Below, one piece after another: positions 32,304-41,788 of a stretch of DNA of 64,000 bases (the first letter of the stretch is position 1; the number at the start of each line of letters is the position of its first letter). The notes beneath the pieces are model-generated. The model saw only the letters and a list, made by a program, of their open reading frames with translations, had not been told where the DNA came from and did no database searches. The stretch is taken from the IMG/VR virus record IMGVR_UViG_3300028832_000004, positions 63,988 to 127,987 of that record, one strand, 5' to 3'. The stretch comes from a virus. Taxonomy: Duplodnaviria > Caudoviricetes. The position numbers and the translations under genes are program-made.

Positions 32304-33647
32304 TTAGCTTTCTCCGTCCGGATCTTTATTCCAAGCGGATGTTACATCCAACACCTCAATGCCGGGGAAGGCTTGCGGGACCAATTCCTTGACCATATTG
32401 AGGAAAAACTTTCGCGCATTTTCATCGCTATGGTCTCTGCAATATGCGTCAATCAATTTGTCCATCTTCTTGGCGCCTGCCTTCAATTCCGGATGAACCT
32501 GTGCGAGCGCATCCCCAAGGACACGTGCAACGTGGACAACATCAATTCCACCAACGCGAAGAATCGGCTGCTTCTTCCCATTTAATTTGTAATGGAGGTT
32601 AAGTCGGCGCATCGAGTTGTAGTAGCGATGATACCAATAGTCGCCCGCATGTTTGGCGAGGATATCGCCTGCGCCTTCATTTTTGATGCTTTCAAGTCCG
32701 TCGGCATTGCCAGTAAGTGCGGAGATCTCGCCGTCAAGGGTTTTCAAAAATTCTTGGCACCATTCAATCGCCTTATCGCATGGGTCCACGGTGGCTGTGA
32801 AGTAGCGGTCAACCGGCCAAAACTGAATGATTTCTCCGCCAAGGAAATGTCTTCCGGCATCGTCCTTTGCACTGCCCGCCGGGTGCCCGTATGCTTCCTC
32901 GCTAATGGCATCGGCCAAGGCCTTGGCGCGTTCCGGGGAGCCGCAGTCAATCATGAACGAGCTGGAGTAACCGGGGCCGCCACGATAAACGGTAAACGCC
33001 TCGTTGCATTTACTTTCGGGATTGCTCTCTTTGAAAAAACCAATACGGCGAAGTTTGGCTAGCAGCTGGCGCGAGGCCGTGCCTTTCAGCCACAACTGGT
33101 AAAGGTCCCCATAGCCTACGTCTAGAATATCCGACAGCTTTTCAAGCACGCGTTCACGTACAATTGAATCGTCCACATGGATGTAATTATAGACATCCCC
33201 GCCGTCTAAAAGGGTTTGGATAACTCCACGGAAAGTCCCTTGGATTTTCGGGCCTAGTTCGTCAGTATCGTATTCAACAGTATACCAATCCTTAATAGAG
33301 GAGTCCAAGGTTTCCTGTTCGTTTTCGTGCGCATTGCATTTGGTTTCGGAAGACTGTTCAACGGCATAGCGGGCAAGCACCTTGTCAAGTATTGCCTTGG
33401 CTGCCTTTCCCGCAGGTTCAATGTCCCAGCCTCTATCGTAACTCACCACCAATTTTCCATTGGGACCCTTGATGCTCAATTTTGAAATGTTTCCATTATT
33501 GATGCCGTAGTCGGAAGGTTCCGGGAACACCAGCGCCTGATATGAATAGCCGTCAATGTTGCCGCTATCCCAAGTGCGTGCGGTAATAGGCTTGCCACTA
33601 TTGTCTACCAGCCCTTCATGTTTGTTTGAACCGGAAATTGTATTCAT
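32304..33647 (-). CDS. multi-module putative internal head protein
   Basis: Four small modules separated by K-x-x-E linkers; modules resemble polyvalent-protein domains (VVSYDRGWD; DSIVRERV). Confidence 0.65.
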   Translation of the reverse strand: MNTISGSNKHEGLVDNSGKPITARTWDSGNIDGYSYQALVFPEPSDYGINNGNISKLSIKGPNGKLVVSYDRGWDIEPAGKAAKAILDKVLARYAVEQSSETKCNAHENEQETLDSSIKDWYTVEYDTDELGPKIQGTFRGVIQTLLDGGDVYNYIHVDDSIVRERVLEKLSDILDVGYGDLYQLWLKGTASRQLLAKLRRIGFFKESNPESKCNEAFTVYRGGPGYSSSFMIDCGSPERAKALADAISEEAYGHPAGSAKDDAGRHFLGGEIIQFWPVDRYFTATVDPCDKAIEWCQEFLKTLDGEISALTGNADGLESIKNEGAGDILAKHAGDYWYHRYYNSMRRLNLHYKLNGKKQPILRVGGIDVVHVARVLGDALAQVHPELKAGAKKMDKLIDAYCRDHSDENARKFFLNMVKELVPQAFPGIEVLDVTSAWNKDPDGES

Positions 33648-33665
33648 GGAAGTTATCCCCCTATG

Positions 33666-34829
33666 TTAATAGAAAAGTCTTTGATTAATAGAAAAGTCTT
33701 TGAGTTCTTCTGCGAATTTACGACCAAGCCATTTAAGATCTTCCGGGCGCACCCTTTCGTCATAAACCGTTATGATAAGGTCATCCCCGCGGGAATTGTC
33801 CGACCAATTATATTCACATTCTGCCATTTGGAAGTGATCGTCGAACAGGTTGAAATATCCATCCGCCTGTTCTTCCGGAATATCTTTTAATCGGAACCAT
33901 GATGTAAGGCGCCCGGCGTCTTCGGACTTTTCCGATTCCTTGAGCGAATAGCCAAGTGCCTTGAGCACCTTGCCCACGCATTCCTTTTCATCGTCCGTGG
34001 CATCCGTTTCGCCGGACTCGCCATTCACGGTGACCTTATAAATGTCCGGGCTGGAGTTGCCCTGCCAATCATCATCAACATCAATGTATTCCACATTGAC
34101 CGGAAATTCGTTTCCGTCCTTGATGCCTACATAGGCTTCGGAGTATTCGGGGTGCTTGCCTACATTGCGGTCTTTGAGCACTTCATAGGCGTAGTAGCAA
34201 TCCTTGACCGGATACGGGTTGCCGTAGGATAAATAGTCGGTTGTATCCGTATTGCCGCGATCCCACTTGAGCCCTTCCTCTTTCACAAGGAACTTAATCT
34301 TGTCCGCAAGGAATTGCTTGACGCGGGCATCCGACATTCCATCCCAAAGGTTATAGACGGCGCGGCCGTCATCGTGATTCGAATTGGCGTTGTCGATTTC
34401 AAGGTAGATTTTATTGTCCTTGAGAATCGGGTGCGCAAACTTCCAGTAGCCACGCATACGCGGCGAATTTTCCCAATAGCCATCGCTCATTTGGCCGAAC
34501 ACGGAATCAATCATGTCCTTGAATTTGGAATCAAGGCCGAGGTCCACCAAATGGGTATCGTCGTTGTCCTCGCTCTTATTAAGAAGGGCGATAATACGCT
34601 TGACGGATTCTAGGAACGCGCCATCTCCATTCAAAATGCGGTTTGCCTCCGCCTCAATGGCGGTACCTTTCACCGCCTTGCGAATATCGGCTGCGGCATC
34701 AGCAGCCGCATATTTATGAGCACGGCTATCTTGATCTTCCTGCCATAAGTCCTTAATATCGTTGAGCTCCTGAATAAGCTGTTCGGCGGACTTTGCGCCT
34801 TCATTCTTTTTCAAATTAATATTGGCCAT
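33666..34829 (-). CDS. multi-module putative internal head protein
   Basis: N-terminus MANINLKKNE; internal KSE linkers; GQMSDGYWEN module. Confidence 0.65.
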   Translation of the reverse strand: MANINLKKNEGAKSAEQLIQELNDIKDLWQEDQDSRAHKYAAADAAADIRKAVKGTAIEAEANRILNGDGAFLESVKRIIALLNKSEDNDDTHLVDLGLDSKFKDMIDSVFGQMSDGYWENSPRMRGYWKFAHPILKDNKIYLEIDNANSNHDDGRAVYNLWDGMSDARVKQFLADKIKFLVKEEGLKWDRGNTDTTDYLSYGNPYPVKDCYYAYEVLKDRNVGKHPEYSEAYVGIKDGNEFPVNVEYIDVDDDWQGNSSPDIYKVTVNGESGETDATDDEKECVGKVLKALGYSLKESEKSEDAGRLTSWFRLKDIPEEQADGYFNLFDDHFQMAECEYNWSDNSRGDDLIITVYDERVRPEDLKWLGRKFAEELKDFSINQRLFY

Positions 34830-34843
34830 TGGGATTACCTCGA

Positions 34844-35668
34844 TTATGCCATAGGTGAGACCATATCACGCAGCGCCCTGAAGTTGGCGGATATCTCCGC
34901 CATGAATGACAGAATCAGGCTGCCATTTGCCTCGGTGCCTTGTGCAAACTTTTCAATTTTCGCAATGTTAGTTTGGGCAAGATTATCAAGGAATACTCGG
35001 ACCTTATATTCCCATTCAATGCCATTGCCCATGTTCATCGGCTCATCATATACCGTAACATGCATTACGATGCTGTCGTATGCAGGGTCCGAATAATATG
35101 AGGAATCGCCCGGATAGACAAGCAGGTCCTTTGTGGACACCGGAATCCAGTGTTCGGTGTCCTCATTCGGGGCAAGCGACCCTTCGGTATAGACATAGCC
35201 ATCCGACCCTTCATAAATGCAGGCGTATGCAACATCCCGATTCGTGCCATACCATACATGGTCGCCATAATAATAGGTCTTATTCCATTCGGCGGATTTA
35301 TATTCGCGATAACGGCGGCCAAGCATATAGACCGAGTTGTATGTGATGGCAACCGGCATGCCCTCGTCATCTACCAGCTGGGTGTTGAAATCAAAATCCA
35401 CGGCAAATGCCGCAGTATCGCCATCGGACACCTTGACCGGGAGTATACCGGAACATGGGACCAGCCTTTCAATCGGATAGCCATCTATGGTGACCTTTCC
35501 GGTATTAGGGTCGGTTCCTACCGCGTAATGGGTAGTTGCGATTGAAAGCGGGGTTATTTGCCCAAGGTCCTGCGACATTAAGGCGGCCCCATATACCAAG
35601 AAAAGTTCACCGCCGGAAAGGGCGCGTGAAATTTGGAGGGAGCCGTCATTGGTGAGGATTGCGATCAT
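34844..35668 (-). CDS. virion structural protein with CBM5/12-like module
   Basis: WNKTYYYGDHVWY..YACI..P..W. Confidence 0.55.
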   Translation of the reverse strand: MIAILTNDGSLQISRALSGGELFLVYGAALMSQDLGQITPLSIATTHYAVGTDPNTGKVTIDGYPIERLVPCSGILPVKVSDGDTAAFAVDFDFNTQLVDDEGMPVAITYNSVYMLGRRYREYKSAEWNKTYYYGDHVWYGTNRDVAYACIYEGSDGYVYTEGSLAPNEDTEHWIPVSTKDLLVYPGDSSYYSDPAYDSIVMHVTVYDEPMNMGNGIEWEYKVRVFLDNLAQTNIAKIEKFAQGTEANGSLILSFMAEISANFRALRDMVSPMA

Positions 35669-35901
35669 GCCTCTTTCTCCGCGATACTAAGCGCCGCCCA
35701 TATAATTGTATGCAAGGCGCCTTCAGCCCGGACAGTACCGAGCACGCGTCCGGATTTTGACACAACTACCGCAGATTGGGTGGGATCGTATTTAAACGCC
35801 ACATTATTGGCATATAAGGATCCCAATTTATCAAGCAAGTCCAAAAACTCCGGACTTGCGTTGTTTCCTTCCGCTTGCGTGTGAACCAATTGTATATGCA
35901 T
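35665..35901 (-). CDS. hypothetical protein
   Basis: ATGA overlap; GGTATATT upstream. Confidence 0.6.
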   Translation of the reverse strand: MHIQLVHTQAEGNNASPEFLDLLDKLGSLYANNVAFKYDPTQSAVVVSKSGRVLGTVRAEGALHTIIWAALSIAEKEA

Positions 35902-35936
35902 ATCCTAAATATACCAAAACGGCATACATAGGCACA

Positions 35937-38759
35937 CTACCCGTATTGGAACGAGATACGAATCGATTCGGTCGGGGTTTGATATTCCGCCCAATCCGCC
36001 GAAGTCATGGTATGTGCGCCCGGAATGAGCGTAATGACGAAAATAACCTTTCCGTTGGCGTCCTTGCAATATAAGGCAGGCGCAAAGAGGTTATGGAAAA
36101 CCAGCACGTCATCATCCCACGCGAATGGAATGTCCTCGCCATCATGCACCGCAGTTTCAATTTTTGCCAAGGTGGATTTGAAGGTATCAATACTTCCTTC
36201 AAAGGAAAGGCCCTCTACGTAAGAAAGATTTTCCCAATCGGCAAACGGCGTGGTATTGGATAATCGCCATACGTCCGTCGCTTCGGGGTTATTAAGCACA
36301 TACATCCAACGCAAGGCCTTTGCCGTATCTACACCAAGACTTTTTGGGCGGTAAAGGGCGGTCACCCCTACATATCCATTCGCAAGCATCAGGTCGCTTT
36401 CATCCGTTGCTTCCGGATCGGTAACGTTGCGGAAATGATCCGTGGAAGTGGACTCCGGCAGTCCAAGAAGCCCAAAGGTGTGGGTGGATTGCCAATAACG
36501 GATAAATGTGTTTTCTTCCAAATTTACGGCGCGTATACGAATTGGGTACGCCACCCTATCGAATTCATATATTTTGGATCCACGGCTTTCATTGATGCGG
36601 GTCGGCACCAATTCGGACCAGCTGCCGTCATCGTTGACGTATACCCCGGTTTCGATTGTAACGTAATCGCCTAGCATTCTATTGAAATAACGCGTGGGGA
36701 ACAATTCAAGGATATTCTTTCCGCCGCAGCGCTGCCCATCAAGGATGCCGGAATATACTGCGGTTTCCATTTCAATCTTGGACTCGTCATATAGATGCAT
36801 GTGAAGGCGGACCCATACATATATCGGAATTTCATATGCGATAACATCCGCCACCAATGCCGAGTATTCGCCCGCCCAAGCGGACGCCTTCACCCATGTC
36901 TTGCCATCGCCAAGTTCCTTGACCGCATCCTCTGCAAGGCGGGCGAGCACCGTAAGGTCGCAATCATAATATCTGTTATTATGAATTTGGGTGGGCTCTA
37001 TTTCGGAAAAACGATAGCGCTGAATCCATTCGCCCTCGGAATATTGTAAGATGACGTTGGGGTCATCCTTGTCGTATGCCAAGGCGCCTTCTTCCGGGGG
37101 CGTCGTTTCGCCGAACGGCTGAAGGGTGGAAATATTAGCGACCAGCTTGCGGAGGTTGTCATGCTGAGTATAGACATCCTTCACCTCAACTGCATCGGTG
37201 CCATCCGGATTGCAGCTATATGAGATGGAAGGGTCGGACAACACAAGATTTTTCACATCAAGGCCTACCGCCCTCATGCATATGCGGAACCCCTCGAATG
37301 TATTGCGGGTGCGTGTAAGGAGCGCAAACAGCAAGGCGGACCACTTTGCCCCGCATGCATCCATAATTGATTGCGGGATGCCAACCATATGTGAATATGC
37401 ACGGCACATTTCTTCCGATACGCTCCACGTTTTTGCTACAATGGCATTGGAGGCATTGGTATGCGGGACAATGCTGTAATCGGACAACAGCGGGGAATAG
37501 TCCCCCGGCATGCGGCAATAAATTTCCTCCCATGCGGGATTGAGATAATGCCCCGGAGGATATGACAGGGTAGACTCGTCTTGAATATCGGTGTGCTTCC
37601 GGGCGAACAACCTAATGGAATCGTCCGTTACATATGATACAATGTCATCCGAGTTATAGTCGGCAAAGTTTGCCATATCGTAATGCCCGCGATATGTTCC
37701 AAGGTTTGTCGTATGAGAAATGTCTACCCAAAACGGATATCCTTGGCTGTCAACCGTCGCCCAAATATGCTCGATGCCGCCCTTTTTAATTGGGAGCGGC
37801 CCATATGGCAGATGGAAGGATTCGCCATCGAGAACGGAAAATCTATAGAGGTAGCCCGCCTTCCAATGGCGCATATCATTCAATGAGATTTCGGCGGAGG
37901 CATCCGCAATGCAAATGTAAGAAGTCCGCCCTATGCGCCGGACGGCGCCCGCTGAGTAGCTTCCGGGCGCCCGCTTATGGGTTTCCGCATCCATATGGGT
38001 AACGCTCCCCAATGTGTCCGGATAGACCGGCTCGCGCAGCTGAAGCATCCGGCGCCGATATATGACGATGGATCCTTGCGGAAGCTTTGCCCCGGTAATG
38101 AAAATGGTAGGACCGTTCCCGGCGACAGTTCCTGCCCCAACGCCCCACGCCTGCACGCCGGCATATTTTGAAAGCAGGGATGCCGGAATGGATGGATGCT
38201 GGTTTGCCTGCATGAACCCGTATAAGGGTTCCCCGGCGGCATGAAGGGCCTCCATAAACTGAGGTTCCATCACGAGGCGATTAAGCGTTCGAATGATATA
38301 GCTGTCGCGGACCCATCCGCCTGCCGCCTTGCGAAGAAGCGGCCGTTGCTGGATGGATACGTATGACGACCAAAATACGGTAGAAACATTGCCATCGTTA
38401 AGATTGATTCGATAGTCCAGCCTAAACAGTCCGGGGACCTCGATATTCGGAATATTGACGGCGACCTTGGATGACACGTTGACGCGTCTATCGCCGACTT
38501 CGAGGTAGACTATCGGGATTTCCGGTGTAAACTCGGAAAATTGGTCGACTAGCGTAACTGCCTGAGGCGCCTGCTCAATTTTCAAATACATCGGGTTTCG
38601 CCCCGGGGAGAGAATGGCTTCTGCCGAGATGAATTCCTTCCAATATGTATTGTACAGCTCCGTCTCATCATCCATAACACGGAGGACGATGTAATTTGGT
38701 TCCTTCGATACGACCACATATTCGCGAGAATACGCTGTATTTAAGATTCGGCTACCCAT
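35937..38759 (-). CDS. large baseplate/tail structural protein
   Basis: 940 aa in the structural operon; CBM-like Y..G..V..Y.C segments. Confidence 0.6.
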   Translation of the reverse strand: MGSRILNTAYSREYVVVSKEPNYIVLRVMDDETELYNTYWKEFISAEAILSPGRNPMYLKIEQAPQAVTLVDQFSEFTPEIPIVYLEVGDRRVNVSSKVAVNIPNIEVPGLFRLDYRINLNDGNVSTVFWSSYVSIQQRPLLRKAAGGWVRDSYIIRTLNRLVMEPQFMEALHAAGEPLYGFMQANQHPSIPASLLSKYAGVQAWGVGAGTVAGNGPTIFITGAKLPQGSIVIYRRRMLQLREPVYPDTLGSVTHMDAETHKRAPGSYSAGAVRRIGRTSYICIADASAEISLNDMRHWKAGYLYRFSVLDGESFHLPYGPLPIKKGGIEHIWATVDSQGYPFWVDISHTTNLGTYRGHYDMANFADYNSDDIVSYVTDDSIRLFARKHTDIQDESTLSYPPGHYLNPAWEEIYCRMPGDYSPLLSDYSIVPHTNASNAIVAKTWSVSEEMCRAYSHMVGIPQSIMDACGAKWSALLFALLTRTRNTFEGFRICMRAVGLDVKNLVLSDPSISYSCNPDGTDAVEVKDVYTQHDNLRKLVANISTLQPFGETTPPEEGALAYDKDDPNVILQYSEGEWIQRYRFSEIEPTQIHNNRYYDCDLTVLARLAEDAVKELGDGKTWVKASAWAGEYSALVADVIAYEIPIYVWVRLHMHLYDESKIEMETAVYSGILDGQRCGGKNILELFPTRYFNRMLGDYVTIETGVYVNDDGSWSELVPTRINESRGSKIYEFDRVAYPIRIRAVNLEENTFIRYWQSTHTFGLLGLPESTSTDHFRNVTDPEATDESDLMLANGYVGVTALYRPKSLGVDTAKALRWMYVLNNPEATDVWRLSNTTPFADWENLSYVEGLSFEGSIDTFKSTLAKIETAVHDGEDIPFAWDDDVLVFHNLFAPALYCKDANGKVIFVITLIPGAHTMTSADWAEYQTPTESIRISFQYG

Positions 38760-39993
38760 CCATATCTCCTATGGGAAGGAATTGATATTCGATAGAAATA
38801 ATTTGATTATTCGCCCAAATAAAGTTACGCTTTGCGATGAATTGGCAAATACGCGGGCCGGTTACTGTCCGTGATACGCCGGGCTGCCATAACCAATTTC
38901 CATCCCCGATGCGATCGTAACGATCCGTAAGGCATATAGGGGCAATTCCATTCCCCATAACTTGCACCGTCACGATCAGTCCATCCGCTTCCATTTTCAT
39001 GGGCGGGGTTGTCGAGTTTACAAACACCCCATTGGATTTTATCGCGGTGCGCATAGGCCAAACAAATGACGGGGACCCGAACATGCTTGCATTAGATTCA
39101 ATGCGGGCCTTATACCAATAGATACCATCGATGTCGCGCCAATATGGGGCATTTGGCATCGTTGCGGATGGGACCCACGCGTAATCCGGTTTCCACGGGG
39201 AATAGCGGCTGCTTGCATAAATCCAATCCGGATAAAACGGATTATCAACGAGCGGCAAATTGAACCCATTAATAGGGGCGCCATTATTGGAGAGCGCCTC
39301 GAATGGAATGTATTCCGTATATGTGGCATCTGTTTCCGGAGCCATCGACGGATCGCTTGGGGTCGCCCATCCATTTACTTTTTCAACCGGGATAATTTTT
39401 TCCCCGGAAGTAATAAGATCTTCCGTAACCACGGCGTCGGCGCGTATGTGCTCGTCAAGAATAACTTCCCCGTCCGGGGCATCCAATGTGGCGAGCTCAG
39501 AATTGTTTATTTCAAACGTCCCAGTGCCGATGAATTGGCGTATGGAAGCATTCAGCATTTCAATCGCATGCGCCGTGAAATTCATCATGGATGGGAGGAC
39601 CAAAACCACAAGGTTGTTCTCGGAAGTCAACCCGACTATACCTGCCGTTCTAAATACCCCGGCGGCGACGGGGCCATTCGCGATTAGTCCGGTAAATGCC
39701 CCAACTGAAGCGGTAACTGTGCCTACCGACCACGTCTCGCTGAGCCCATTGTTTCGGAACGTAATGTATTCCCTGACATTTCCTTCGGCAAGGGTAAAAA
39801 TTAACCATGCACACGGCACGCGAAACAGGCTGCCATCGGCAAATTCAAAATCCACATATCCTTTGGAAGCGGAATCACCGGAAGAGGTATCATCCGGGTT
39901 TTCCACAAGGAATGGCCACTTGGTGAAAAATTCAAAGGCATCGTGAATTATATCATGTGCACATTTAAGCGAGGTGTCACTATCCAAGAGCAT
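38752..39993 (-). CDS. tail fibre/spike-like protein
   Basis: Shared N-terminal D-x6-KW module; beta-rich body. Confidence 0.55.
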   Translation of the reverse strand: MLLDSDTSLKCAHDIIHDAFEFFTKWPFLVENPDDTSSGDSASKGYVDFEFADGSLFRVPCAWLIFTLAEGNVREYITFRNNGLSETWSVGTVTASVGAFTGLIANGPVAAGVFRTAGIVGLTSENNLVVLVLPSMMNFTAHAIEMLNASIRQFIGTGTFEINNSELATLDAPDGEVILDEHIRADAVVTEDLITSGEKIIPVEKVNGWATPSDPSMAPETDATYTEYIPFEALSNNGAPINGFNLPLVDNPFYPDWIYASSRYSPWKPDYAWVPSATMPNAPYWRDIDGIYWYKARIESNASMFGSPSFVWPMRTAIKSNGVFVNSTTPPMKMEADGLIVTVQVMGNGIAPICLTDRYDRIGDGNWLWQPGVSRTVTGPRICQFIAKRNFIWANNQIISIEYQFLPIGDMDG

Positions 39994-40000
39994 CGGCGCC

Positions 40001-41107
40001 TCACAGTTTATACATTGTATGGGTGGAAGAGGTCACGCCAGACCCTGTCGCCGTTTCGCTTGCCGCCATAAATCTTCCGCAAGAATAATTGGCCAACATC
40101 CTGAGCGATTGTACCCTTACTACATGGGTGGTAGAGGTTTCGTTTGACTGTATCCGCGTGACCGCCACTCCGGTTCCATTGCAGTTTCCAACACGCGCAT
40201 AATGAATGCGCCCTTCCTGCCCGGTAAGAGGAAGCCAACGGATACGATACCCGCCGGAAACCGGCTCGTACATTTTATAAGGCCATGCGGTGATAAGAGG
40301 GGTCCAAAAATCTTCGAGGGCGGATTGATTTAAGACTTTAACATTTCCGGAGGTCCCCCAATATATATGAATATTCGAGGCGACCCCAATAATTTCTTCC
40401 GGCATGTAATTACAATCGGCCCATGTCGGCTCGGCATATATCCCCGCTGCCTCGAGTACGGCAGGATCTCCAGTCCAAATATCGCCATCCGTGGAATTTA
40501 ACGCATTTGTCATCGCGCTTTCAATGCCAAAGCGGACTACCTGCTTACGGTATTGAATAGCCCCCATATCAAGGCGCTGGGTGACTACCTTATTTACGGT
40601 GAGGGTCCCCGTAATACGTGTGCTTCCCGAGATGGTGGTCGTCCCGGAAAATGTTGCATTTCCAATACGCCCGCCGCGGGAAATGAGATTTTCAATGGTC
40701 GCATCCTGAATAGATCCGCCAAGAATTCCCACATTGCCGGTGATCGGCAAATTGCCATCTATGCCTTCTATGCGGGCAACCGCCAAGGTGCCCGTAATAA
40801 GATGAGCAGGCGCTTCCGCCCCGGTGACTAATTCAACCGCCCCTTCATTATTCATACGAATAATAACGGTATGCGTTCCATCGGAAAGGGTCATTTGATC
40901 GAAGACGCTGCCAAGATAGCGATTAATTGCGGCACGAATAGACGGCAGGGTGATATCAATAGGCTCCCCGCCTTCCTGTTTAATGGTGATGGTCACATCG
41001 CCCGGGGACTCAATAAGTTCTCTCCATTTGGAAAGAATGGCGATTGCATCCGAATGCGCAGCACGAATGAGCTGGATGCCTTCACTAAAATCCATTGACT
41101 TTCCCAC
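40001..41107 (-). CDS. tail fibre/spike-like protein
   Basis: Shared N-terminal module; Gly/Thr/Ile beta-repeat region. Confidence 0.55.
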   Translation of the reverse strand: MGKSMDFSEGIQLIRAAHSDAIAILSKWRELIESPGDVTITIKQEGGEPIDITLPSIRAAINRYLGSVFDQMTLSDGTHTVIIRMNNEGAVELVTGAEAPAHLITGTLAVARIEGIDGNLPITGNVGILGGSIQDATIENLISRGGRIGNATFSGTTTISGSTRITGTLTVNKVVTQRLDMGAIQYRKQVVRFGIESAMTNALNSTDGDIWTGDPAVLEAAGIYAEPTWADCNYMPEEIIGVASNIHIYWGTSGNVKVLNQSALEDFWTPLITAWPYKMYEPVSGGYRIRWLPLTGQEGRIHYARVGNCNGTGVAVTRIQSNETSTTHVVRVQSLRMLANYSCGRFMAASETATGSGVTSSTHTMYKL

Positions 41108-41788
41108 TTATGCATCCTCGCTATTAATAATGTTTAGGCGCACTGCACGCGCCACGGTCGATCTTCCTGCATTGGCAATATTCTTGGTAGCCACGAACAC
41201 ATGCCAAACGGATGCGCCAATCGCGATTAATTCCATGCGCTGGGTGGTCCCGTACGATGGAAATGATAGGTTCACCGATGTGCCGGAGTTCGCATATATA
41301 AAAAAGTCCGTGGTATGGAGAATATTCGTATCTTGAAGGGAGGGCGCCACCGTTATGGACGGATGGGCATTCGCGGGGATGGACCATGACCTAGGAAGCG
41401 GCCATTCCCTAAGGGTAGTGTTTTCCTGAAATTCGACAGCCTGATGCTCCATTCCAATTGCGGAATATTGTGCCCCGGCGCCGACACCGAAAAATGCGAT
41501 GCCGCCATTCGTAACGCGCCCGGATCCGCTTTGGCCGCGAAGCGTAACGGAATCAAATGTAGGATCTGTCGGAAGCGTGCGCGTCCCAATAGTATCTATA
41601 ACCTTTTGGATATTGGGTATAGTGTACGTGACCGGGGTCCCATCCTGCCCTTTCAAGGTGAATGTAACGTCATTGGGGGTGGAAGCAATCATCTCGCCCC
41701 ACTTTTGGACAAGGACCATTACATCGGATTGCGCATTGAGCAATGTCTTCAATGCGGTTTCAAAATCATATACCAACGCGCCGGGCAT
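41108..41788 (-). CDS. tail fibre/spike-like protein
   Basis: Shared N-terminal module. Confidence 0.55.
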   Translation of the reverse strand: MPGALVYDFETALKTLLNAQSDVMVLVQKWGEMIASTPNDVTFTLKGQDGTPVTYTIPNIQKVIDTIGTRTLPTDPTFDSVTLRGQSGSGRVTNGGIAFFGVGAGAQYSAIGMEHQAVEFQENTTLREWPLPRSWSIPANAHPSITVAPSLQDTNILHTTDFFIYANSGTSVNLSFPSYGTTQRMELIAIGASVWHVFVATKNIANAGRSTVARAVRLNIINSEDA

